Position numbers and translations under genes: made by a program. A stretch of DNA of 64,000 bases, from positions 40,254 through 104,253 of the IMG/VR virus record IMGVR_UViG_3300007102_000044. One strand, written 5' to 3'. This document shows, piece after piece, positions 56,346-64,000 of the stretch. The stretch is from a virus. How positions within the stretch are numbered: the first letter of the stretch is position 1; each line of letters begins with the position of its first letter. A model generated the notes under the pieces. It saw nothing but the letters and a program-made list of their open reading frames with translations, did no database searches and had not been told where the DNA came from.

Positions 56346-58045
56346 ACCTCCTTAATCATGCTAAATACACCCTTTTCAATCTCTATAACCTTGTCTATTC
56401 TATCAACTGGTAAATTGTCTTTACAGCTGATTACAAAGACCGTATAACCCTTTTCTTTTAATCTCTCAAAAATGGTTATCACACCATTCAAACCAGTATC
56501 ATCCAGACTCATATCAAGTATTTCATCAAGCATGATAAGATTGGTATTAACACTATTTTTCATTCTACTCAGTTCAAGAAAAGCAAACATAAGAGCTATA
56601 TCAACTCTTTGTTTCTCTCCTGCACTAAAACAATCATATGAAAGTTTCTCATAACCTACCGCTACAATCTTTTCATCCATATTTTCATCAAATTCAATCT
56701 TATAGAATGCATCCATATATTCAAGATATTCATTAATAATTGAATTTAGAACTGGAATATACTTATTGAGTATAAACTTCTTTATACCCTTTTCTGAGAG
56801 AATTTCAATCATTTTCTGTCTGAGAACTATGCTGTGTTGAATCTCTTCCATTCTCTTTGTATTTGACTCTTTTAGTTTTACATACTTTGAATCATCTTTA
56901 GATTCTGAATTCTGAACTTTATTAATCTTGTTCAAATCAGATTTATAATCATCAATTCTATTATTATTGTTTCTATAGTCTGAATACAGTCTTGTTATCT
57001 GTGAATCAATGTTTCGAATGGTCTGTGTAATTTTTGCACACTTCTCACTCACTTTAGATATCTGAGAAAGAGCGACTTCAAGTTTAGTCATACCCTCTTT
57101 GTATTTGTTTAGTTGTGTTGTATAACCAGATTCAATCTGTTCAACAAGTTCTGATGATATTTCCTGTCTACATGTGGGACAAACATCATTCGATTTGAAA
57201 AACTCTATATCTTTGTTAATATCATTACATTTAGACCTAAGAAGTTTATGTTTAGTTTCATACTTACTAAGTTCAGCAATCTTTTGATTACATTTATCTT
57301 CAGCTTCAACATACTTTTCTTTTTGAGCCTTATAATCATCAACTTCTTTCTCATTATCTTTATTCTGTTCAATGAGTTCTTTAATTTTAGAATCAATTTC
57401 TGATTTCTTTTCACTGAATTCAGCTTTTTTCTTCTCATTGAAATCTTTAATAATCTGTATATTACTATCAAGTTTTTCTATCTCTTTTTCAACATCATAA
57501 AACTCTGTTTTCATAGATGATATCTGTTTCTTGATTACATCAGATATATCACCATATATTTTGATACTCAGGACATTTTCAATAAAAGCTCTTTTCTCTG
57601 CTGGTGTTCTCTTAAGGAATGATTTTGTTGAAGCATCCATCATAATAGAACTTCTGAAAACCTTATAATCCATTGCGATAAGCTGATTGATGACTTCTTG
57701 ATAATCAATTGAATGAGCATCCTGATTTATCTCTTCACCATTCTTTTTAATAATGAATATATCTGGTTTAATACCACGTTCAACTTCATATTGGTTTGAA
57801 TCATGCTCAAACTCTAATATGACTAAACAATCTTTTTTATTCTTTGTATTAACAAGTTGTGCTTTCTTTACACCATCTTTAAGAGGTTTTCCATATAGAG
57901 CAAAATATACAGCTGAAAACACTGTTGACTTGCCTCTACCATTCACACCTGTTATCAAATTTATACCATTATTATCTAATTCAAACTCTGTGAGCTTGTT
58001 ACCATACGAACCAAAATTCTTAAAAGATACCTTTTTAAACTTCAT
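56342..58045 (-). CDS. gp46: recombination endonuclease ATPase subunit (Rad50/SbcC-like)
   Basis: FKNFGSYG, GVNGRGKST, CPTC hook, FSAGEK.R, LDEILD. Confidence 0.95.
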   Translation of the reverse strand: MKFKKVSFKNFGSYGNKLTEFELDNNGINLITGVNGRGKSTVFSAVYFALYGKPLKDGVKKAQLVNTKNKKDCLVILEFEHDSNQYEVERGIKPDIFIIKKNGEEINQDAHSIDYQEVINQLIAMDYKVFRSSIMMDASTKSFLKRTPAEKRAFIENVLSIKIYGDISDVIKKQISSMKTEFYDVEKEIEKLDSNIQIIKDFNEKKKAEFSEKKSEIDSKIKELIEQNKDNEKEVDDYKAQKEKYVEAEDKCNQKIAELSKYETKHKLLRSKCNDINKDIEFFKSNDVCPTCRQEISSELVEQIESGYTTQLNKYKEGMTKLEVALSQISKVSEKCAKITQTIRNIDSQITRLYSDYRNNNNRIDDYKSDLNKINKVQNSESKDDSKYVKLKESNTKRMEEIQHSIVLRQKMIEILSEKGIKKFILNKYIPVLNSIINEYLEYMDAFYKIEFDENMDEKIVAVGYEKLSYDCFSAGEKQRVDIALMFAFLELSRMKNSVNTNLIMLDEILDMSLDDTGLNGVITIFERLKEKGYTVFVISCKDNLPVDRIDKVIEIEKGVFSMIKEV

Positions 58046-58595
58046 TTAATTCCTCATATATTCTAAATGGTGATATTCCACCCATTCTATCATGGTCAAC
58101 CACATCAAATTTGAAAATGTCTTTTATCTCATCAAAAGAATATGGTCTGAACTCTGGATGGTGGTCAATACCAACATCCCATGAAAATTATTCTCTACTT
58201 TTTAAACATCCGTGTGCGTGACCATGAAGATGATAAACATTGTAAGGCTGTCTGTTCCATTGTTTTAAAGGATAGTGACATAATACAATCGGTTGTTCTT
58301 CAATCTTAATAGTATGTATACTATCGGTTATCTTGTTAAATCTACCCACTTTAAACATGCTTCTATAATCATGATTACCTTTTACCCAATTAACATTACC
58401 ATTTAATCTGTTAGCAATATCTATATTCTCTTTCCAGAAAAAATCACCTAAATGATAAACAGTATCACAGCCTCTCACAACCTTATTCCAATTTTCGATA
58501 ATTGTTTCATTCATTTCTTCAACAGAATCAAACCGTCTCCATTCAGCCATTCTTTTATGGTCAAAATGGGTGTCACTTGTAAAGAACACACTCAT
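58035..58595 (-). pseudogene. calcineurin-like phosphoesterase with in-frame TAA at 58188-58190
   Basis: SDTHF, HLGDF, GNHD, CHYP, HGHAH, then *FSWDVGID..RPYSFDEI. Confidence 0.8.
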
Positions 58596-58807
58596 AAATG
58601 AACACCTCTTTTTAACAACTCTTTGAATGACAATCTGTAAAGTTTTTCTAATGCTTCATCAGGTAAACTTTCAATGACTCTCTTTTCAAAGTCTTCGTAT
58701 GCGTTATCCATTAGTTGTTTTACTATGTTGTTAGTTGTATGAGCTACATCATGTTGATAAAATGATGCTGATATTTTATCTTTATCAACCTTTACATTAA
58801 CACACAT
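58592..58807 (-). CDS. hypothetical protein
   Basis: 71 aa, coupled. Confidence 0.55.
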   Translation of the reverse strand: MCVNVKVDKDKISASFYQHDVAHTTNNIVKQLMDNAYEDFEKRVIESLPDEALEKLYRLSFKELLKRGVHL

Positions 58808-59823
58808 TATTTTTCACCTCCAACTTCTTTATAAGCTTCATAGAATATTTGATTCATCTCTTCTGTGTCATTATCAGTAATATCATCAGCCAATGCTAAA
58901 TACTCATTCCAGATAGCAACAGTGTCCAGATTTGATACATCCATCTCAATATCTTCTGAAGCTTGATATGTATTGTCAATAATACTAAGTTTTGGAAGGT
59001 CTGTCAAGTTGATTATTTTCTTTTGTATCTTTTTATCATTATTGTTGATATACAGCTTGATATATTGATTCTGTTCAATATCATCTAAATCAGATTCATC
59101 ATTAACGATAATCTTTCTATATTTGATATAAGGGTTGATAATCTTTTCTTCATCATATGATTCATCATCAATTATAATTATACCCTTTTCTTCATTGACA
59201 TCATTGAAATCATGTTGAATAGGTGTATCAACATAACAAATATTCTTATCAGTAGCGCCTATATGAAAATGCCCACTATATACTTTATGAAACTTGCTTA
59301 AAAGCTTTCTATCAATTTGGTCATGTTTACACAGCATACCCTTAATCATTTCAAAATTTGCAAGTTCCAGATGTCCGAATGCAATATCAGCTTTAGATTT
59401 CTTAATAGTTTTAACCGTATCATCATAGTTTTCACTGTTAATCCAGTTTATGAAAAGATAAGTTTTGTTGTTTATAACAAGTTCAGCTGTTCTATCTGGT
59501 ATTGTAAAATTTGGTATATCGCTAAAAAGTAAATCCAGACCACAAACATCATCACTGTTCTTATAATAGATATCATGATTTCCTCTAAGGATATACACAT
59601 TAAAATCAGATAAAAGTGGTATAATCTTTTGCTGTATGAATTGTAATGTGATGAAAGTTATCTTCTTTCTATCATCCAGAAAATCACCAAGAAACACTAT
59701 TGTGCTGATATCACGTTTTTTAAGTTCTTCAAGATAGAATACCATAGATTTATATTGGTATTCAAGAAAGTCAATCGCTTCTGATTCACCTAAATGTAAA
59801 TCAGATATAATTCCTATTTTCAT
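58807..59823 (-). CDS. gp47: recombination nuclease subunit (Mre11/SbcD-like)
   Basis: SDLHLG, LGDFLD, GNHD, GHLE, SGHFH. Confidence 0.95.
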   Translation of the reverse strand: MKIGIISDLHLGESEAIDFLEYQYKSMVFYLEELKKRDISTIVFLGDFLDDRKKITFITLQFIQQKIIPLLSDFNVYILRGNHDIYYKNSDDVCGLDLLFSDIPNFTIPDRTAELVINNKTYLFINWINSENYDDTVKTIKKSKADIAFGHLELANFEMIKGMLCKHDQIDRKLLSKFHKVYSGHFHIGATDKNICYVDTPIQHDFNDVNEEKGIIIIDDESYDEEKIINPYIKYRKIIVNDESDLDDIEQNQYIKLYINNNDKKIQKKIINLTDLPKLSIIDNTYQASEDIEMDVSNLDTVAIWNEYLALADDITDNDTEEMNQIFYEAYKEVGGEK

Positions 59824-60194
59824 ATTATATCATCCTCCGTTCCATCTCTTGTATCAATTATTATATATTGTGTGCCAGATTTTTTACATAAGTCAATAGA
59901 ATGTTTAGTACCTTTTGATTGATAATCCCAGAATGCAACAACAATATCACACTCATCAACAATCAGTTTATTCCTTTTATACCCTGCTGACTTACCATAC
60001 TTATCCCATTCAGCTTTAAATATAATTGTTTCTATTCCACGCTGTTTAGCATATTTTTCAGCAATAGAATCAACACCCCTAGCACCACCTGAAACGATAT
60101 AGCTGATGTTTTCTATATCAAACATATAATCTAAGCATTCAAAGATAAAGTCTTCACAGTCAAAATCTCTTGAGCCTATAACACCAACTTTCAT
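59820..60194 (-). CDS. SLOG/DUF2493 (YspA-like) protein
   Basis: GSRDF, SGGARGVD, AGYKRN, FWD..SKGT; start moved to MKVG. Confidence 0.85.
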   Translation of the reverse strand: MKVGVIGSRDFDCEDFIFECLDYMFDIENISYIVSGGARGVDSIAEKYAKQRGIETIIFKAEWDKYGKSAGYKRNKLIVDECDIVVAFWDYQSKGTKHSIDLCKKSGTQYIIIDTRDGTEDDII

Positions 60195-60195
60195 A

Positions 60196-60741
60196 TTATT
60201 TACCACTATATTTTTGAATGCGTTGTTTAACTTCAGGAGGCATTTCAAGCTCCATACCATCATTAGCAACTTTATAAGCTTCATTCTGCATATACAGAGA
60301 TTTCCATTTCACTTCATCCTCATAAACTTCATTATTGTGAAATTTAAGGAATTGATTGGATATAATAGATGTGAAATATGCGAAAGGATTATCATATGAT
60401 ACATAATCACAGTCTTTATTCATACAAGTTTTTTTATTATCTAAATGTTGAAGTGTTGTTTGACCACATTCTTTACATTTAAACAGTATATCAGACTTGT
60501 ATGTCATATTAAACTTGTGAATAGATTGACTGACTTTGATATATGCATCAGCAACCATATCATCTTTGTAAGTATAACCACACCAGTTGTGTTTTGAACC
60601 AAATCTATCACATATTTTGAATATCATGATACTAAGTTCATCTGTGATTTCACCTGTTTCGTTATAATATTTCAATTCTCTCAACAAGTCTTTGTTAGAA
60701 ACATAATGGTCTAAACCATCAGTAGCAATTCTTTTTCCCAT
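60196..60741 (-). CDS. gp55: late-transcription sigma factor with Zn-ribbon insertion
   Basis: HYVSNKDL, NWCGYT.KDDM, KFN...NPFAYFT; T4 order 55-47-46. Confidence 0.9.
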   Translation of the reverse strand: MGKRIATDGLDHYVSNKDLLRELKYYNETGEITDELSIMIFKICDRFGSKHNWCGYTYKDDMVADAYIKVSQSIHKFNMTYKSDILFKCKECGQTTLQHLDNKKTCMNKDCDYVSYDNPFAYFTSIISNQFLKFHNNEVYEDEVKWKSLYMQNEAYKVANDGMELEMPPEVKQRIQKYSGK

Positions 60742-60816
60742 AATAAGTTATTTTACCCCCTATAATCAAATAAAAATGTGTATAAAATAGGTATACACTA
60801 ATAATATATTAGAATA

Positions 60817-60845
60817 AGTATATACCTATAATTGTGATATGTCAA
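60817..60845 (-). promoter_or_regulatory. sigma70-type promoter for gp55-47-46 operon
   Basis: TTGACA-17-TATACT. Confidence 0.8.
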
Positions 60846-60889
60846 GCATTAATATGATAATATGAATAAAAAATATGTCATCACAATGA

Positions 60890-61065
60890 AGTATGGTGTA
60901 CGAGTGTCAGCGAGAACACCTACCAGCATAAGCGTAAGCGTTGCTGAAAGTAACTTGTTATATGTGTAATATATGATTATATGTTTGTAATATATGGCAT
61001 GTATGTTCGTTACACTTCCATACATGCATGTTTAGGCGTCTCTGACGAGCCACCTAAACAACTAA
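60890..61065. other. non-coding hairpin cluster (origin or ncRNA candidate)
   Basis: GCATGTATG/CATACATGC and TGTTTAGG/CCTAAACA stems; TGTAATATATG direct repeat. Confidence 0.4.
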
Positions 61066-61210
61066 CTTTATGAATAATGATTTTTGATAAGTAAAATATT
61101 TGTTAATAACTATATTAAAATAATTTTAAACAAATTTCACCTATTAGTGTAAGAAATCTACACTTTGAAAAAGACAATATTATCAGTAACTTATAAAATA
61201 TAAGGATATA

Positions 61211-62479
61211 TTATATATGAAGTTTAACTGGTTTAATATTGAGGAAGAATTCAAAAGGCTTAACAGTTTCCATCATGAATTTGGAAATCCTAGCCATGAT
61301 GTTATATTGCTCTCTAATGAGTTTTAATCTTTTGAACATTCTTATGTTATATGAAAGTAAAAAGTTGTGTATACGCTGTAATTTGTCATTAGATGTGTAA
61401 TGTTTTAAATACATCCTATTTGATGATTTTGCAGAGTTCATATCTTCAGCATACTCATCTAATGAAGCGTGTGAATCAAATTTAGTATATTGATTCATTT
61501 TCTCAGTTTGTTCTGTATCAATTTCTTTGTCTTTGTTAAATCTAATATTATATCTATCTTCTCTTAATTTGTTTTCATAGTCTATTTGTTTATCATTAGT
61601 TTCTTTAATTTCATCTCTGTCTAAAAGTTTGTTGTAATAATCTCTATTTTCAATCTTATCTTTAATCTGTTCTAAAACTGTCATATTAACTTGAATTTGA
61701 CCGATACGGTCTTGAAGATTCTTAATAGATTCATCAATATCTTTACCTTTGATATTATAACCAATAGGCACAAGGTATGCATCAAATTCATTTTCAAATA
61801 CTAATGAAGCTGATGGTAGACCTAAATCTCTTGCTTCAATAGATGTAAGCTTTCTATGTGCTGGTGATACTTTAAGGTTATATCTCTCACATAGTTTGCT
61901 TGTGTCATTCTTATTAAGCCCGAATATCTGTTCTATAATATCATGTGTAAATGTTAAGTCAGGATATCTGATTTGCATAAGCATCATATTAAAGAATAGA
62001 AGTTCTTTTCTAAGATTAGTAAAATCACCTTTATATCTTTCAATCATAGCATCGTTTATATGGGTCTTAAATAGCCCTTTAAACGGTGTTGTTGTTTGAA
62101 TGAATGTTGATATATCATTTACTTTAAACATGTCCATATGGTCTTCTATATGGTCTAATAAAGCATTATCTGAATATGTAAGCATTTCCATAAAATAGTT
62201 TATAGGATTTTTAATCCTCTTATCATTATGATTGAAATGATTCTTAGCTTTCTTATTTCTTTTTATAAATGAATGTTTTACGTTTTCTTCTGTGATGATT
62301 TTTTCAAACCCGTATGGGTTATTGGAATTGGATGGTAAAATATCAAGGAATTGAATGAATTCAGCACACTGTTTAGGAATGTTAGTATTTTGATTTACAT
62401 AAAGCTGTAATGGTAAAATAGTATCTGATGAAATCCATTTTCCAATTTTTACATCTTTATTAATCGCTTTTAAATTGAT
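61211..62479 (-). CDS. late hypothetical protein; frame open 96 codons upstream of track ATG
   Basis: GAGGT SD 7 nt before in-frame ATC at 62479; no ATG/GTG/TTG until 62191. Confidence 0.6.
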   Translation of the reverse strand: MNLKAINKDVKIGKWISSDTILPLQLYVNQNTNIPKQCAEFIQFLDILPSNSNNPYGFEKIITEENVKHSFIKRNKKAKNHFNHNDKRIKNPINYFMEMLTYSDNALLDHIEDHMDMFKVNDISTFIQTTTPFKGLFKTHINDAMIERYKGDFTNLRKELLFFNMMLMQIRYPDLTFTHDIIEQIFGLNKNDTSKLCERYNLKVSPAHRKLTSIEARDLGLPSASLVFENEFDAYLVPIGYNIKGKDIDESIKNLQDRIGQIQVNMTVLEQIKDKIENRDYYNKLLDRDEIKETNDKQIDYENKLREDRYNIRFNKDKEIDTEQTEKMNQYTKFDSHASLDEYAEDMNSAKSSNRMYLKHYTSNDKLQRIHNFLLSYNIRMFKRLKLIREQYNIMARISKFMMETVKPFEFFLNIKPVKLHI

Positions 62480-62503
62480 ATTTGTTACCTCTAACCTTTT
62501 TAT

Positions 62504-62511
62504 TATTTATC
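62504..62511 (-). promoter_or_regulatory. late promoter
   Basis: GATAAATA. Confidence 0.7.
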
Positions 62512-62522
62512 TTTTTAAAATA

Positions 62523-62611
62523 CAGAGGGTGTGGGATTCGAACCCACGAACCGAATTAACGGTTACTGGTTTTCAAGACCAGCTCCATAAACCAAACTCG
62601 GACAACCCTCT
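62523..62611 (-). tRNA. tRNA-Ser(UGA)
   Basis: Cloverleaf, long variable arm, loop CUUGAAA, G73, no CCA. Confidence 0.92.
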
Positions 62612-62615
62612 AAAA

Positions 62616-62688
62616 CAGAGGATGATGGATTCGAACCATCGACCTCTTGAACCAAAATCAAGCGTTCTACCAACTGAACTAATCCCCT
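62616..62688 (-). tRNA. tRNA-Gln(UUG)
   Basis: Stem CUUGA/UCAAG, loop UUUUGGU, GGUUCGAAUCC, G73, no CCA. Confidence 0.85.
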
Positions 62689-62693
62689 AAAAA

Positions 62694-62767
62694 TAGCGGG
62701 TATTGGATTTGAACCAATGACACCCAGATAATGACTCTGGTGAGCTACCAAACTGCTCTAACCCGCA
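62694..62767 (-). tRNA. fMet-like tRNA(CAU) with aberrant anticodon arm
   Basis: UGCGGG acceptor with 1:72 mismatch, initiator-type D arm; loop GUCAUUA; no CCA. Confidence 0.8.
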
Positions 62768-62773
62768 ATAAAA

Positions 62774-62848
62774 AGTTCCATACGGGATTTGAACCCGTGT
62801 CAATAGGTTGAAAACCTATTATCCTAGACCCGACTAGACGAATGGAAC
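62774..62848 (-). tRNA. tRNA-Glu(UUC)
   Basis: Stem AUAGG/CCUAU, loop UUUUCAA; U73; no CCA. Confidence 0.88.
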
Positions 62849-62857
62849 ATATTTAAA

Positions 62858-62930
62858 CTCCCTGAGTAGGACTTGAACCTACAACCTAACGGTTAACAGC
62901 CGTTTGCTCTGCCTATTGAGCTATCAGGGA
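62858..62930 (-). tRNA. tRNA-Asn(GUU)
   Basis: Stem AACGG/CCGUU, loop CUGUUAA, G73, no CCA. Confidence 0.93.
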
Positions 62931-62943
62931 TTAAATTTTATAA

Positions 62944-62972
62944 ACTATAATACATTGTATTTATCTTGTCAA
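62944..62972 (-). promoter_or_regulatory. dual promoter for tRNA cluster
   Basis: TTGACA-17-TATAGT with GATAAATA (62958-62965) nested in the spacer. Confidence 0.75.
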
Positions 62973-62990
62973 GAGTTTTATTTAAATAAT

Positions 62991-63509
62991 TTAAACTTTA
63001 CTCTTAATCATTTCTAATGTAGTTTTTCCATTTGGAAGTTCTCTGTTTTTATAAACATCATCAAATTCATTTTTGCTTATAGCATCTTTCACAGTATCTT
63101 TAGCAACTTTGAAAACTTTATCAATGTTTTTCATAAGAGCCTTTGAATCCTTTGATGTAGATTTTCTAACATTTATCTTTTTTCTACCAAAAGCAAGATG
63201 TTTGTCAGTAGGTGTAATATACATACTATTTGCGAGAAACTCTATAACATAACCTTTTGATGTAAGTCTTACTGCAAAATGAAGACTCATTGGGTCATTA
63301 TTAAAAATGCCATTAGCCCATTCTGTTTTATCTTTACCAAGAAGCAGTCTAACGTAAACATCACTTGAACCAAGTGTTCCAGTTGAAAGACTTACCTTAC
63401 TTTTTGGAAAATATTTATAACCAATCTTTTCAATTTCAGCCATGTAAGCATCTGGTTTTTCCATCCCTTCTACTTGTTCTGTTAATGTTTGTGTCCATTC
63501 GTTTTTCAT
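62991..63509 (-). CDS. putative internal head protein
   Basis: WTQTLTE leader; late promoter upstream. Confidence 0.55.
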   Translation of the reverse strand: MKNEWTQTLTEQVEGMEKPDAYMAEIEKIGYKYFPKSKVSLSTGTLGSSDVYVRLLLGKDKTEWANGIFNNDPMSLHFAVRLTSKGYVIEFLANSMYITPTDKHLAFGRKKINVRKSTSKDSKALMKNIDKVFKVAKDTVKDAISKNEFDDVYKNRELPNGKTTLEMIKSKV

Positions 63510-63537
63510 GAATACCTCACTTATTTCGTTTCATTAG

Positions 63538-63568
63538 TATTTATCTTTTTTCTCATTCAAGATAAATA
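63538..63568. promoter_or_regulatory. back-to-back late promoters
   Basis: GATAAATA on minus (63538-63545) and plus (63561-63568). Confidence 0.75.
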
Positions 63569-63597
63569 TACTATATACTATAAATTTGAGGTTGTCA

Positions 63598-64000
63598 ATG
63601 TTTAATTATACAAGTGATAATAAATTTAAGTTAATTTTTGCACATAATGATTTTTTCAATTCTGCATTTGAATTTAACTTACAGGATTTAACGTTCCCTG
63701 ATATAACTATAGGGGTTGCTGAACAGCCCACACCAATGAAAACATTATATCATTCGGGTGATAGTGTTGAAATTAGTGATATGAGTTTCACTATATTGAT
63801 TGATGAAGAGTATGATTCATATGTGAATATTTTGAATTGGATGTTTGGGGCTGTCAATTATAAGGATTCAACAACAAAGAATGTATTTAGTGATGCAACA
63901 TTGATGATTATGAGTAATAAAGGAAATGTATTGAAAACATTTAAGTTATATGATATATTCCCTTATAACGTATCACCACCAGCATTAACATATGTGTCTG
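63598..64000 (+). CDS. gp3: tail tube terminator / tail completion protein, 5' partial
   Basis: GAGGT SD; FTILIDEEY.SY..I.NWM, ATL.I.SN, F.LYDIFP; open to edge. Confidence 0.75.
   Translation, partial: MFNYTSDNKFKLIFAHNDFFNSAFEFNLQDLTFPDITIGVAEQPTPMKTLYHSGDSVEISDMSFTILIDEEYDSYVNILNWMFGAVNYKDSTTKNVFSDATLMIMSNKGNVLKTFKLYDIFPYNVSPPALTYVS

Noticed and set aside
61217-61330. ~36-aa plus-strand ORF with AAGGA SD, antisense to the 61211 gene end
   Set aside because: No convincing promoter or motif; plausible by chance in AT-rich DNA.
351-62099. Numerous short plus-strand and off-frame ORFs in the track
   Set aside because: They lie antisense or nested within well-supported minus-strand genes and lack SD or family motifs. 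Only the HNH and gp3 are supported on the plus strand.
62475-62751. Track ORFs 62475..62690 (+) and 62563..62751 (-)
   Set aside because: Shadows of the tRNA genes.
1-64000. Stop-codon reassignment (code 4/15/25)
   Set aside because: Long core genes are intact under code 11, TGA and TAA end normal coupled genes, and only two isolated internal stops (of different types) were found.
1-64000. CRISPR array, IS/transposase, rRNA, tmRNA
   Set aside because: No regularly spaced repeats, transposase motifs or tmRNA/rRNA termini were seen.

Overview
64 kb from a large, AT-rich T4-like (Tevenvirinae/jumbo-type) myophage; the host cannot be determined from sequence. Nearly all genes are on the minus strand, with standard code 11. 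The replication/recombination core includes ligase gp30, RegA, clamp loader gp62/gp44, clamp gp45, topoisomerase gp52 and fused gp39-60, class II (B12) RNR, polymerase gp43, primase gp61, RNase H, helicase gp41, UvsX, gp46/47 and late sigma gp55. Accessory blocks sit between these genes, behind repeated TTGACA-N17-TAnnnT promoters. Five tRNA genes lack an encoded CCA, and the 5' part of tail terminator gp3 begins on the plus strand at the right edge. The best lead is a NARP1-type NAD+ reconstitution operon (PRPS-like Adps + NAMPT-like Namat) whose Namat gene is split into two separately translated halves by an antisense MobE-like HNH endonuclease with its own late promoter. Other counter-defence leads: an Apyc1 homologue; a dispersed RNA-repair kit (HD-Pnk, Rnl1, Rnl2, RlaP-like NTase, Thg1, minimal CCA enzyme); tandem SprT proteases; at least 8 late genes with T4-style capsid-targeting leaders; a C3HC4 RING finger; gp55 with a zinc-ribbon insertion alongside a GATAAATA late promoter; and an fMet-like tRNA with an aberrant anticodon loop. 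Several single-base anomalies could be sequencing errors and need read-level checks. All family assignments come from motifs recognised by eye; no searches were run.
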